DNA of 63,999 nt, filler included, from Octopus bimaculoides (GCF_001194135.2; 7 parts of 7 records of this genome joined end to end with filler, not necessarily neighbours in it), one strand, 5' to 3'. Counted from the first letter of the whole stretch, positions 11,829-26,000 are shown. Numbers and translations are program-made. The notes: generated by a model from the sequence alone, not told the origin.

Positions 11829-12640
11829 ACTTATAGGGTACACTAGTCCACAGGGGATTACAATCCCAGAGCCTAAATCTGTGCGGGACCTAGGTATCGA
11901 CATGAGTGATGATACTCCTTTTCAAGTGCACATTACCAGGATGGAGACGAAGTGCAGACGACTGGCTGGCTGGATCCTGAAAATGTTCAGAATCAGAGAG
12001 AAGGAAACCATGGTCCTCTGGAGGACATTCATCCTCAGTTGTCTGGATTATTACTGCCAGCTATGGTCACCGCTCCGTGTAAAATTTACAGCGGACTTTT
12101 AAGCAATCCAGCGAAGCTTCACAAAGAAGATCGTCTCATTGCAACAGCTCAGGTTCTGGGATAGGCTGAAAGAGCTAAGCCTTTACTCCTTGGCGCAAAG
12201 GCGGGAGAGATATGCAGTAATATACATCTGGAAGTTCCTGGAAAAGATTGTGCCAAATTTTGGCATTGAATGCTACACAAATGCCAGAACGGGTCGCCAC
12301 TGCACAGTGCCAAAGATTCCAGAAATACAATCGCGCTTCAGGACCAGTTACTGCAACAGCCTGGGTTTCAGAGGCCCACAGCATTTTAATATTCTTCCAA
12401 AGAGCCTGAAGGGCCTACACAAAGTGAATGTAGGTATTTCCAAATCAAAACTGGATTTCTTTCTGTCGAGTGTCCCAGATGAACCTACCTCACGGAGGGA
12501 GTTGCAGATGAGGGTAGCGACATCAAACTCCCTTATTCACCAAATACCAGATATTAGAGGAGGCTCTTAATAATAACAGTGTAGCAAAACGGTGGTGCCC
12601 TCAGCATGGCCGCAGTTTTGAGCTGAATCTGAATAAATAT
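11829..12640 (+). mobile_element. 5'-truncated LINE (CR1/L2-related): ORF2 C-terminus plus 3' UTR
   Basis: ORFs 11794-12102 and 12139-12570 share one frame, broken by a single TAA at 12100-12102. Motifs VRDLGI, LDYYCQLWSP, AIQRSFTKKI, DRLKELSLYSLAQRRERY and GPQHFNILP are typical of the post-RT region of CR1-group LINEs. Short 3' UTR ending in gaataaa. Confidence 0.9.
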
Positions 12641-12647
12641 ATAATTA

Positions 12648-13009
12648 ATCTGCACATCCTCTGATAACTCACGGATGGTGATTCGGCGATTTTCCCCTCA
12701 CAGCTACACACGGGTTTCCCAGAACGTTCGTCAATTTCGATATTTTTTGGCCTCTCTGGAAACGTATGAACCACTGGGATACTTGTGTGTGGCTCATACA
12801 CTTTCTGCAACTTTGTCATGGTGAATACGACGATCACACGCTATACACGTTCGTTCCAAGCACTGTTGTAAACAGCAGAAGTGAACTAGAACGTTAAAAC
12901 TTAGTGCGCATGCGTAGCAGAGTTGAAGGTCAATCTTTGCCAAGTGGCTTCACTGTGTGCTTTAGCTTCGTTACTATGGCAGCTGTCCGGATACTTATTG
13001 ATCATTCCT

Positions 13010-13013
<4 letters not shown>
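12648..13013 (-). mobile_element. Mariner transposon 5' fragment
   Basis: TIR-like taagaggaatgatcaataagtatccggac on the minus strand next to (TA)n; transposase remnants IEIDERSGKP and ENRRITIRELSEDVQ. Confidence 0.75.
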
Positions 13014-13055
<42 letters not shown>

Positions 13056-13709
13056 CATACACACACACACGCATATATATATATTTGTGTGTGTGTGTGT
13101 GTATGTGTGTGTGTATACTGGAGTGTTGCCTGTCATATCGCCAGTAACTTTGGTATACTTTTACCTCTGTGACTAATATCAGGAAATATTGCACACATAA
13201 TTAAACTTTTATCAAATTTCTTGGCGCATTCGCAAAATGATGAAATGGATACAAATTTTCAAAAGAAAAATATTTATGACCTTAAAATAAAATTAAATAA
13301 AACAATTTTCTCGTGTGTATATTTGTAATAAATACATGATATTAGTTTTTAAAATTTTATCAACATAATCGCAGTCTGCTGTACCGAAATGTGATATCTG
13401 CAAAATTTCATTTTAAAAAATGTGTATTTTCCAGAAAGTCACGACTTTCTTCTTGCACCTCTTATATGAACTCTCTTTCACTCTCTCTATCTATCTAACT
13501 ATCTATCTATCTGTTTATCATTAATAATGATAGAAGCAATATTAATACTAAATGGCAATCTTGATTTCCAACCTACCGTTGAGGTTGTGTTAGGACACAA
13601 AATACTTATTTCCTTTGAGAAGATCCCACATAAGGTCTCGGGGTTCATAAAAGCACTCATTATATCGTTGTTCTATTTCTTGTAATATATATACATACAT
13701 ACATACATA

Positions 13710-13809
13710 NNNNNNNNNNNNNNNNNNNNNNNNNNNNNNNNNNNNNNNNNNNNTTAATTAATTAANNNNNNNNNNNNNNNNNNNNNNNNNNNNNNNNNNN
13801 NNNNNNNNN
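13710..13809. other. Assembly gap spacer 44N-TTAATTAATTAA-44N (also 19688-19787, 22120-22219, 30268-30367, 61643-61742, 62865-62964)
   Basis: Six identical 100-nt constructs with a six-frame-stop 12-mer centred between exactly 44 N on each side; artificial. Confidence 0.95.
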
Positions 13810-13820
13810 TATATATATAG

Positions 13821-14800
13821 GCGCATGTGTTAGATAAACTTAGGAAGGATCTGATTACTTTCTTCCAAAGAATGGGCTTCCGGATTACGATAGAAAGTAA
13901 CCTTAATAACGTAGATTTTTTAGATAACTTAGATTTGCAATTACGTAAACCCTACTGCAGGCCCAATGCAAAGCTGTTATATTAACAAAGAATCAAATCA
14001 TCCACCCGTAATTGTTAAGAACCTAGGTAGATATATAGGAAGGCGCATATCGTTCATATCTTCAGATGAGACAGCGTTTCAAAATGCCGCGTAGTATCAT
14101 AATAATGCATTAAGGAACAGTGAATTTCCGGGGAAGATCCAGTATTGTCAAAGTAATTCTAAAAATAATAGACCACGTAGAAATAGAACTAAGAAAGTTT
14201 CGTTGTTCAGTCTGGCATATAATATTACTGTAAAAATAGGGATAGGGAATTCTTAAAACTAGTTTCTAAACATTTCCAAACTAGGCATAAGTTCTTTAGA
14301 AGTTTTGGTAGGAGAACACTGAAGGTTAGTTATTCTTGCTGCAAAAACCTCGGCTCTTTTATTAATCAGCGAAACACAAAAATCATTTCAAACAACCTCA
14401 GTGCCGAATTCAACCAGAAGAATTGCAATTTCAAAGATAAGACTTGTTGTCCGTTATAAGGAAAATGTCTTGTAAAAGGAATAGTTTATAGAGCTAAACT
14501 ACAAATAAATGGCGCACAAGAATATAAAACATACACAGGGGCTTCGGAAAATTCATTGAAGACTATGTTTTATTCCCACCGAAATTCTTTCCGATATCCC
14601 GAGAATAGGACAGCAACGAGTCTTGCAGGACATGTCAGGCAACTGAAAGAATGACACTCGTCCTTTCAATACCAGCTTGGCAATTTTGGAAAAAGTGCCA
14701 CCATAGAAACATGGAGCTTACAGAAGATCTATGAAATGTAATCTTTGCCTCTCAAATATTTCTTCATCCTGTTCCAGGATAAGCATGCATTGAACCAGAG
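13821..14800 (+). mobile_element. Penelope-like element: RT thumb/linker plus GIY-YIG endonuclease, frameshifted
   Basis: LDKLRKDLITFFQRMGFRITIESNLNNVDFLD..KPYCRPNAKL; YINKESNHPPVIVKNL..RRISFISSDETAFQNAA; FLKLVSKHF..TLKVSYSCCKNL; CNFKDKTCCPL*GKCLVKGIVYRAKL..KTYTGASENSLKT..HRNSFR; CNLCLS-like end near 14740. Confidence 0.9.
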
Positions 14801-17074
14801 ACATTTGAATTTGGCTTTTACATCTGATATATAGACATTTTTTTATATTACATCGCTGGTACATATTTCGACTTCATATTTTATATTTTATATTTTACAT
14901 CCGACTTTTAAGAAAGCCTTCGACTGTTTTACAAATTTTTACTTTTTATATCTAAATTTTAAATTACTATCTAAAATTTTTTATAATTTAAATTTATATA
15001 TTTATATTACATTTAATTATATTATATTAGTTTATTGTACAATTTTCTCATTTTAATATTAAAACTATTTCTTGAGTTAAGGTTTTCTTTGATCTTTATA
15101 ACAATATGATTTTAAACCGTAATTATGATTTCATATAACCGGTTGTTGAAAAGACGATTAGTTGTAAGGACCAATAAAACAAAACCATTTTCAAATGTGT
15201 ATCTATCAAAGCAATTGTATATTTATGCATGTAAGTATATTTTGTTCCATTCTAAATCGAAACTGTCCCACGAACGGGAACGTGAAACTCTGAGTAATAG
15301 TTTCTGTGATGCCTTTGCAGCTTTATTAATAAACTATATATACATTTAAACATATACATACATACATACATACATACATACAAGCAGACAGACAGACACA
15401 TATATATACATATATATGTGTGTATGCGTGCGTGTGGGTATGTGTGTGTATGTGTGTGTGTATGCGCGCGCGCGTGTCTGGAAAGAAGACGTGTATTCCA
15501 TGCAGGAAAAGTATAGGAGGATTTGTTTTGGGGTTTGAAAATGTTCCCGAATATAAAAACGTCTAGGACGTCAATAGAGATACAAGATGAACCAGCCGTC
15601 TATGTTTCATACGTTACGCAAATATATCACCAAACACCAATTGATCGGTGTTATTTGTCAAGAGATAATATCTCTTATGAACGTTCTGCGTTTAATAGCA
15701 CATAAATATTAGTAGCAGAAAAACAATCACCCAGCAAGCTTGCTGAGGAGGCAAGACACGCATATCTGCCTCTTTGAGCCTTCTCAAAATTCAGAAATGC
15801 ATATCCAGAATTCTCATCACCGCTGCTGGACGATTTTTGTTTACTCTTGTGTTCGATTTCTGGATTTAGCAGCTCATATTGTTGTCTTACCAGCCATCAC
15901 ACATCCAATGTTCTGCTGTGTTCAGGGTGAGAGGGATGATCCTGTATGATGATTAGAGCAGATAGACACACTCTTTGTGAATCGGCCAGGCAATGCTACT
16001 GTGTCTGTGACGATATACGCCACCAAAAGAACAATAGAGTATAGCGTTATCATCAAACTTGAAACTTTCCGAAACAGAGAAATGTAACCCTATGCACTGG
16101 CTACAGATAGTTCTATATATCTAAGTGAAGTAGACTTTAGTATGGAATTTACAGTGAAAGAAAAGTTACTTGGTCAGTACCTTGAAGGATGTGTACCAGT
16201 CAAACGCAAAATTTGCCTTTTCTTATCATCGCAATTTGCTGCCAAGTATTTTCTGAGCCCTGTTCTGATATAATTGGAATCCAACACAACAGACTCCGAC
16301 CTACGTTCGAGGAGATAGTCATTTAATCAATCTCCTCAAACTTTTATTTGTACTTATTGTATCAAAGGTCACAATCGAAATACATTTTGACAGCTAGCAT
16401 CATTTGAACGCAATGTAAGATCTAACTGAATACTGGTATTCTCCAGCAGAGTACCGGCTCTACTTTACACCGACCATGTACTAGTGACTGCAATGGACAC
16501 TGGTGACAAATGATTCACTGTAATGTATTGTACATAACTTTGGCTTCTATGTAACATCCATGTAAACTTCATGAATCTTACATATGAAGAATTTTAATAT
16601 GAGACCAGACGAATATTCTTTGTGCGAAGTATTCTTGATTGATTTGCCTTGTGAAAGTAGTCAAAATTAATTATCCAAAATGTCAACATTCTGTTAGTAA
16701 GCAACTACATTTGACGTGAACTGTCTTTTTATGATAGGAACATAACATAGTGTAACATACTTCTTGTCGACAAAATAATATGTTGCTATTTAACAGCCTA
16801 TTAGATATTTCGTCAAAATATCGAATTACAGAAAGAATGCTATTCGCCGGTTAAAATTTTATCTAGAAATACAAGAACACCTTAAATAAATTAACAGCTA
16901 TTAGATAAGATCAACTTTTAGGTAGTTAACCACCTCTTTATCTACTTTACACATTTTCTTTTTGCTGTAAAAGTGGGTAACTATCTTACTGTAAAATCTG
17001 ATACATAACTAAAACTCAAAATATGTATAATTGACACTACCATATATTGCATCAAGAATGTTCACATTGTCTCT

Positions 17075-17232
17075 GCCGTGGCTGTGTGGTAAGAAGTTCG
17101 CTTCCTAACCACAAGATTCTGGGTTCAGTCCCGTTGTGTGGCCCGTTGAGCAATTTTCTTCCCTTATAGCTCCGGTCCGACCACGACTGTATGAGTAGAT
17201 CATGTAGACGGAAACTGAAAGAATTCTGTCAG
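17075..17232 (+). mobile_element. SINE family A, tRNA-like head
   Basis: A box gtggctgtgtggtaag, B box gggttcagtccc, then gtagacggaaactgaaagaa, followed by (CA)n. Confidence 0.85.
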
Positions 17233-17254
17233 AATACACACACACACACACACA

Positions 17255-17304
<50 letters not shown>

Positions 17305-17789
17305 TATATATAAAAACAATTAACAAAGATGTACAAGTGTCAATTCATTACGGCCGTTTTGAGTGAATCCTTTAACTGATCAATGAAAGCATTACATCAT
17401 CACAAAGAAAACCGTTCTTAGCAGATGACTGAATAGACCTCAGCCAGAAAGGACTTGTTAAATATCTAAACATATTCGTATCATCGATAGAGAGCAAGTA
17501 TTTACAATGATTCCGCTGATAAGCCTTTGGGTAGAATGAAAAAAGGATAGTACAGCGACAGACGAACCAGAAATTAGTATAGGCTAGAGTGGAACGAGGG
17601 ATTAATGAGAGCAGTGACCCCGTTATCTACACATCCTAGACAATAGGGAGAATGTAGTCTTCAAAACATCTAAACTTAGATCTTTATGAGTTATGAATTA
17701 ATTAGTATCATGACAGACCGTTCTACTATCTGAGAAAATGGGACTCTGTGTGTGTGCGTGTGTGCGTGCGCGTGGGTGTTTATATTTCT

Positions 17790-17982
17790 ATCTGTGTTTA
17801 CGTCCCCTTAACTTTAGCGGTTCGGCAAAAGAAAGTGACAATATGTACCGGGCTTGCAAAAAAACAAAAAAACAAAAAAAAAAACAAAAAAATAAATAAA
17901 AAAAGTATCGGGCCGATTCGTTCGACTAAAATTCTTCAGGCTGGCGCTCCATCATGACTGAAACGAATAAAAGATAAAAGAC
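17790..17982 (+). mobile_element. SINE family A, 3' half
   Basis: gtgtttacgtccccttaactttagcggttcggcaaaaga...ggcgctccatcatgactgaaacgaataaaagataaaaga. Confidence 0.8.
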
Positions 17983-19157
17983 ACAAGATAATCGCACACA
18001 TATGTGTATAATACTCGTATTATGCACATTTCTTACACGATATCACAAATATGAATGTTTGTAAGTATACACTTTAAGTAATTATTCAAGCTCTTTGGCT
18101 TTCATGGCACATAATCTATAAATAACTCAGTGTATAGCTTCGAATATTTGTACATAAGAGCATTCGATATCCTATGTGTGTATCTCACCGTATATGAAAA
18201 ACAATATAAGATTTGCTTGTTTATTCATTTGAATTTCATATACGAATAAGCCATATGTCAAAACTATGTGTATAGAAGTATGTTAAGTGAGAGGTTTACA
18301 TAGTAAAGTGAGCTACATATCATATTCCTTCTTGTAAAAGTATATTGTCTATATTTCTTTCCTGCATCAATATGCGTACTATTTCATTGGGAAGGAGTGG
18401 GAATTTATAACATTATTGCCAGAGTTTTAGCATTTTAATTTATACACACTGACTTAAACAAAAAATCAATGATGCCATGTAAATTCATATCAGCTTTTCC
18501 TACATTTACTTCCTGACCTATGGTATCCTAACATTACTTTCGAAACTGGCTTCTCAACATATAATTACGATTAGTCATTAGAGTTTACATGAATCTGGTT
18601 CTAAATTGAAGCAAATGTGTACGTTTTTATTTGAGAGAATTTCTGAACGATTATAGAATCTCCACCTTCATACAAAAATATTTAACAAGATTAGAGGAAC
18701 AAAGAAACATATAAGCCATCATACTAACGAATATTCCATACGAAAAAAACAGCAAAACAATACAAAGATGTATGTATTATTTTCTCTTTTATTTACCAAT
18801 ATAATATGTAATCACTTAAAAAGAATTAATCCCCTGCGTATAAAATAAAATTTTAAAAAAACGTATGAGATTCATAACACATAAATAGGCAAAATATATA
18901 AAAAAACTTTAGAAATTCCAAACGAAACCAGGAAGTTGTACAATTTGATAGAGAAAAAAATTACGCGTCGGACTACACATATTTTTAGAGATAAGATAAA
19001 CACAATTATATTGTAGAAAGAAAAAACCCACAAAGAAAGTTTACTGAAGAACACCCACGAATTTCCCGGCTGTTTTATATATAATACATTCCCTATATTT
19101 AGCAAGGACCATATAGAAGAGATTTAGATAATTATATATTTTATGATTAATGTTCAA

Positions 19158-19350
19158 AGAATCGTTAGGGCGTTGGACAGAATACCTAGTTATAATGTTT
19201 TCTGCTCTTGTCGTTCAGGATTCAAATCACGGCGGGGTCAACTTTACTTTTCATTCTTTTGAGCTCGATAAAATAATATACCAGTCTAGTACTGGGTTCG
19301 TTATTATCAACTAATACCTTTCTTTCAAAATACCCGACCTTGTGCATAAA
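19158..19350 (+). mobile_element. SINE family B, old and degenerate
   Basis: gaatcgttagggcgttggacagaa...ttcaggattcaaatcacggcggggtcaactttacttttcattc...gaccttgtgcataaaattt. Confidence 0.65.
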
Positions 19351-19557
19351 ATTTTACATTTTACATAGTTGTGGTTGATAAAATTAAGCAACTGTAAAGT
19401 ACTGGATTCGCTGGTATCTACTTACCCCACTTCCTTCAAAATACTGGCCTAGTGCCTAGACCAGATGCAATTATTTGTACCACCCCTTTAGGTATCATAT
19501 CACATTACATTTTTAGAGCATATGTTAACTGGGTCACTAGATACACCTTCATGCTCT

Positions 19558-19595
<38 letters not shown>

Positions 19596-20403
19596 TAAAA
19601 AAACAATAACAAAAAAACAAAAACAACAAAGTGAGGACGTGATATGGATAGTATTATTGGACGCTCAGGAAAGGAAAGAGAGAGTGTNNNNNNNNNNNNN
19701 NNNNNNNNNNNNNNNNNNNNNNNNNNNNNNNTTAATTAATTAANNNNNNNNNNNNNNNNNNNNNNNNNNNNNNNNNNNNNNNNNNNNATATATATATATA
19801 TATATAATATATGTATGTATGTGTATATGTATGTATTTATGCATGTATTTATATATGGGCGTATATTTGTGCAGGAGTCTATATGTACACTATCGAAAGT
19901 ACACTCAAACACATATACATACATGCATATATTTGCTTATAGATATTTATTAGTATATATATATTTTTGAAAATATACATACTCTCAGACATACGCAGAT
20001 ACGGGAGAGCGCTTGCACAAATACACATACAAAAATACACAAACACGGTATACGTATATAAACTATGAACACTTAAAATGAAAATATATTGGAAATGTCT
20101 AAATAGTTTCACTATACAAACTTCCATATTCGAACATACATAAGTATAGACGTAGGCAAACAGAAATACTATCACGCAAATACAGACGTACACATAAATG
20201 CACAAATACATAACGGCCTATACACACATACATGCTTACATACACACACACACAAATATGTACATATATATACATATATACATACGTATATATATATATA
20301 TCCATACATGTTTATGATGATTATATAGTTATATATCTATACACACACGCTTCTAAAAATGATCAAAGGAAATGTGAAATGCGAAATTCACACGAAATAC
20401 GTA

Positions 20404-20454
<51 letters not shown>

Positions 20455-20484
20455 CATACACATATATGTATATGCATCTGTCTG

Positions 20485-20543
<59 letters not shown>

Positions 20544-21768
20544 CTGTCCGTCTATCTGCCTGCCTGTCTGTCTGTCTGTCTGCCTCTCTCTCTCTGCCTT
20601 TCTCTCCCTCTCCCTCTCTCTCTCCCTCTCTCTCTCTCACTCTCTCTCTCTCTCTCTCTCTCTCTGTATATATATATATATATATAATATATATATATAT
20701 ATATAATATATATATAATACATCNNNNNNNNNNNNNNNNNNNNNNNNNNNNNNNNNNNNNNNNNNNNNNNNNNNNNNNNNNNNNNNNNNNNNNNNNNNNN
20801 NNNNNNNNNNNNNNNNNNNNNNNNNNNNNNNNNNNNNNNNNNNNNNNNNNNNNNNNNNNNNNNNNNNNNNNNNNNNNNNNNNNNNNNNNNNNNNNNNNNN
20901 NNNNNNNNNNNNNNNNNNNNNNNNNNNNNNNNNNNNNNNNNNNNNNNNNNNNNNNNNNNNNNNNNNNNNNNNNNNNNNNNNNNNNNNNNNNNNNNNNNNN
21001 NNNNNNNNNNNNNNNNNNNNNNNNNNNNNNNNNNNNNNNNNNNNNNNNNNNNNNNNNNNNNNNNNNNNNNNNNNATATATATATATATATGTAAGCAAGT
21101 GTAAAGGGAATGAATAGACATTTCATTCTTTTAGTCGTGGGAATTAAAACAAAAAATAATGTGTTATCGTATCTGTACTGAATATAGTGCTATCACATTT
21201 TGACCGGTATTTTCTTCTCTTTCTTGATTTCATTTCTCCTAAATTCCTGATGATCCTATTCCATATTTGAATTTTTGATGTCTTACGATGTCTTTCGCAT
21301 TTAACTACAATCCAGGTTAGATAACTGCTGCGTTAAAACGATTTAAGAAATACTTTGTGAAATGCCGCAAGAAGAATGATGCAGAATGGTAAGGTGTTTG
21401 GAAAGTCTTCTGTTAACTTTGAAGGTAAATATCACACATCACTTTTATACTACCAAAAGACCGAACCCTGTAAGATGATGCAAAGAAAGGAAGTTGATAA
21501 AGATGGTAAAGCTGACAGGTATCTGCGAAGCAAACATCGAAGAAACTTGCATCATTAAAGACAGAAAATGCAGCAAGATGGCTGAGTTTGGTAAGCAATA
21601 TGACTTTCTGTTCAGATAGGTGTTAGAGGATTTGTAGGGTGTATTTGAAATTCTTTGTTTCATTTTTCATACAATAATCGAGACTCGCAAAACATGAAAT
21701 TACTCGTTGAGCACTTTAGGTGAATAACCTTTCAAGTAGATGTCCTTTGTGGCGTATACATACATACA

Positions 21769-21814
<46 letters not shown>

Positions 21815-22219
21815 ATAATATTATTAGGGACAAAATCCAAAATTACAGGTAAAAAACTCAATTAAAATCAATTTATAAAAAATTAAAATTAAATTGAGCC
21901 TTATAGATAAAGTATATATAAAATATATATAGTTTTAGGGAAAATAACCAATTTTCAAGAACTCATCGATGAAAATCCACTATCACATATAGAAAAATTA
22001 ATAATTAAAAGCACAATAAATGAGTATAATATAAAGTAAAGTAAATATCATAAGATAAATATAATAAAAAGATTACACGTGTTTCATAACCAATTTTCAA
22101 ATAGAAAAGAAATTTAAATNNNNNNNNNNNNNNNNNNNNNNNNNNNNNNNNNNNNNNNNNNNNTTAATTAATTAANNNNNNNNNNNNNNNNNNNNNNNNN
22201 NNNNNNNNNNNNNNNNNNN

Positions 22220-22253
<34 letters not shown>

Positions 22254-22477
22254 CGCTGATCTTTTTTTTCTATATATATAAAAAGCATTCCCAAATATAA
22301 TTGCACTTTCGTTTTCAAAGCTACGACTCAGCTATTACTGTATCGCAAAAACAAAATAGTTAATGAGGAGAAACAGCTAATGAATTTCATTTCACAAGTA
22401 ATTGTCCACTTGTCATTTATTTATTTTTTATATATATATCTGTGTGTGCGTCCGAACGAGTGCTTGCATGCGTGTGT

Positions 22478-22530
<53 letters not shown>

Positions 22531-23027
22531 AGGGTGAGAGAGAGGGAAAGCGAGATATTTGACTAGTTGGTTGGTTCGTTGGTCAGTCGGTTGGCTGGCT
22601 GGTTGGTTGGCGTATTTTTATGAATTCTGGTATTTTAGCTGAATATCTGCCATGTGAAAGTAGTTGACCACCTGCCTGCTGTCATTTGAAGTTTAATTGG
22701 AGGAAATAACGCAATAACACTTTCATAAGAAAGATGACACTATGGAAGCATATAATGAGCAGAAATATGTTGTATAGCTACGTTTTTCTCATTTGCAATA
22801 TTGCCTTCTAAACTGTTGACCTCTCAACAATTGTTTACATATTTTCTTGCACACACGTTGATTGCTTATTCATAACCGGTAAGAGTTTGCTAAAATACAT
22901 TATAAGGTATGTAGTGTTGGAATGCACATGAAATCAACCTTTGTAATTATTTCGAGTTATAATCCTTTCACTGGTACTTCATTTATCGAACCTCGAAAGG
23001 ATGAAGGGCAAAGTCATCCTCTGGTGG

Positions 23028-23076
<49 letters not shown>

Positions 23077-26000
23077 GTGTGGTGTTTGTCTGTGCATACA
23101 TATATAAATATATGTTTATTATATGTATTAGCTGCATAAACATTTAAACCCTCTGAAAAGTATATTATTATACTCAAATATATACAGTGATTTAAATAGA
23201 AATAGAATTTCAATTTACAAGTTTACACAGGCAAAAAAACTGCAAATATATCTGTGTGTGTGTTGTGGGGTGTTCTTATACGTAGATACATATATTCATG
23301 TAAGGCTATATATTTTGAGCTTTCCTCATTCTCTGAAGCTGTCCACTTTCTCTCTTTTTACATATATAAATGTTTATACGAATATATGTCCATTCGTGTT
23401 TCTATGTATTATTACACCCACGTGGTAATGTTTTTATATTCAAACAAACTGGTTGATAAAATGGCGGACTGATACACCAAGACAATCGAAGCCATATCTC
23501 AAACATCCGGGTAAATTAATATACATCAATGAATTACACTAGTAGTAATACCAGAGAACATTTAGTAAACAGCAACTGTTGAAATGTTAGGCTCACTTGT
23601 ATTAAATAAAATTGTTGTCAATGCATTAAAGATATATAGTGAGAGAAGTAAAACAAAAGACATGAACGTAGATTCTCACCCTCTCTTTCTTCTCTGGCGA
23701 TGTCTCTCACGCTCACATTCGCGCGCACACATATTTATCCATTCATTCGTTTATAGAAAGGCGTAGGTACACACTTATGCAAATTATGAGAAATTACTAC
23801 ATCGATAATCATTTACATATATAGATTCCCGTTTAAATATAGATATATCTGGTTGTTTAGTTATATGTTCGTATGTGTGTGTGTGTGTGTGCGTGTGTGT
23901 GTGTGTGTGCGTGTGTGTGTGTGCATTTATGTATATTATCTATCTGTCTATCTATCTATCTATTTATCTATCTATCTGTCACTCTCTCTTTCCCTATATA
24001 TNNNNNNNNNNNNNNNNNNNNNNNNNNNNNNNNNNNNNNNNNNNNNNNNNNNNNNNNNNNNNNNNNNNNNNNNNNNNNNNNNNNNNNNNNNNNNNNNNNN
24101 NNNNNNNNNNNNNNNNNNNNNNNNNNNNNNNNNNNNNNNNNNNNNNNNNNNNNNNNNNNNNNNNNNNNNNNNNNNNNNNNNNNNNNNNNNNNNNNNNNNN
24201 NNNNNNNNNNNNNNNNNNNNNNNNNNNNNNNNNNNNNNNNNNNNNNNNNNNNNNNNNNNNNNNNNNNNNNNNNNNNNNNNNNNNNNNNNNNNNNNNNNNN
24301 NNNNNNNNNNNNNNNNNNNNNNNNNNNNNNNNNNNNNNNNNNNNNNNNNNNNNNNNNNNNNNNNNNNNNNNNNNNNNNNNNNNNNNNNNNNNNNNNNNNN
24401 NNNNNNNNNNNNNNNNNNNNNNNNNNNNNNNNNNNNNNNNNNNNNNNNNNNNNNNNNNNNNNNNNNNNNNNNNNNNNNNNNNNNNNNNNNNNNNNNNNNN
24501 NNNNNNNNNNNNNNNNNNNNNNNNNNNNNNNNNNNNNNNNNNNNNNNNNNNNNNNNNNNNNNNNNNNNNNNNNNNNNNNNNNNNNNNNNNNNNNNNNNNN
24601 NNNNNNNNNNNNNNNNNNNNNNNNNNNNNNNNNNNNNNNNNNNNNNNNNNNNNNNNNNNNNNNNNNNNNNNNNNNNNNNNNNNNNNNNNNNNNNNNNNNN
24701 NNNNNNNNNNNNNNNNNNNNNNNNNNNNNNNNNNNNNNNNNNNNNNNNNNNNNNNNNNNNNNNNNNNNNNNNNNNNNNNNNNNNNNNNNNNNNNNNNNNN
24801 NNNNNNNNNNNNNNNNNNNNNNNNNNNTATATATATATATATATATATATACAGATATATAAATATTATATATACACATGTACACATGTATGCATGCATA
24901 GATGTATATATCTATATACATGTTTATGTGTGTATGTATATTTATATAGAGAGATAGATAGATATAGACATAGCTCTATGCGTGCGCTTGTGTATTTATA
25001 TATATATATATATATGAGAAAGACTGATTTTTTTATAATTCTACTGATTATATTTGTTATTTTTTGTGTAGGAAAATATCGATTCTTTGAAAACAATGAA
25101 AAAAGTGTCATTATAAACATTGGAATGAAATAAAATTTGAAGAGTATTTTATTAAGTGTGGAATAAAGAAAGAAATATTTAAGAAATTTTGACATTGTTA
25201 AGATAGGAATAGACTGAGGAAGATATAAGAGTTTAGGTTTTTGAGGAAAGAGGCAGAAAGAAAGCGATATGAAGAGATATAGAAGACATAAAGACACAAG
25301 GAGTTAGAAAAAGAGAACGAAAGTGGGACTGATATGGTTAATTAGTATCTAAAAAATAAATTTTAAGCCAATACTACAGCTGCAAGCGTATGGAATTTCA
25401 TAACATTTATAACCCTGGGCTGAAACTAAAGTAAGTCATATTCTACAAAGAAACCAAACACTCGTCATGTTTTCTTTAGATAGTAAGTATTTATTTTAAG
25501 AATATTTTTGCTAGACAATTTTACATGATATTATTTTGTTTTAATATAGCACAGTTTAAAAATATAATAAATATATAATAAATATAATAGTTTACATAAA
25601 ATGTAATGCCTGAATACTTAGTTGTATGAAGAGCGTATAGATATATGCTAGGAGAACAGCGTAGAATATCCTCCGATTCAAGATTATGAAAAGAAAGTCT
25701 ATTGAAATCTAGGAATAAAAATATGAATTCCTTCTTTCATGTTCCCAATATATTTTATGTAATGAGAAGGGTATCAACAATGTCAATATTATTTCTATTC
25801 ATATATGAAATGATACAAAATGCGTTAAATAACACCCATTCAGTCTCGTTTTCAAAATGTTCTGTGAATAGGTGAAAGATTATTTAGGAGCTAAGATTGA
25901 ATGATCGATTACCTCCCGTTTCCTCATCCATATTGAAAAGAACATTACTTTGGTGCTTGTAATATATATGGTTGTTTGAGGCTATCTGTGCTTGTGTGCG

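Noticed and set aside
13754-13765. Palindromic TTAATTAATTAA recurring six times
   Set aside because: Always centred in an exact 44N+12+44N block; it is an artificial six-frame-stop gap spacer, not biology.
15480-15830. Possible additional mariner remnant
   Set aside because: Only a weak resemblance (TSRTSIE...); no diagnostic motif or TIR.
17075-17150. tRNA gene candidates (A and B boxes) here and at other SINE heads
   Set aside because: No cloverleaf, and each continues into SINE body sequence; these are tRNA-derived SINE heads.
21578-21596. Possible first coding exon aagATGGCTGAGTTTG/GTAAGC
   Set aside because: No downstream exon or promoter support; the surrounding 21370-21620 weakly resembles a decayed mariner.
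23853-25133. Longest ORFs in the track (also 35878-37125, 2804-3643 and others)
   Set aside because: They are open only because they run through N gaps and dinucleotide repeats.
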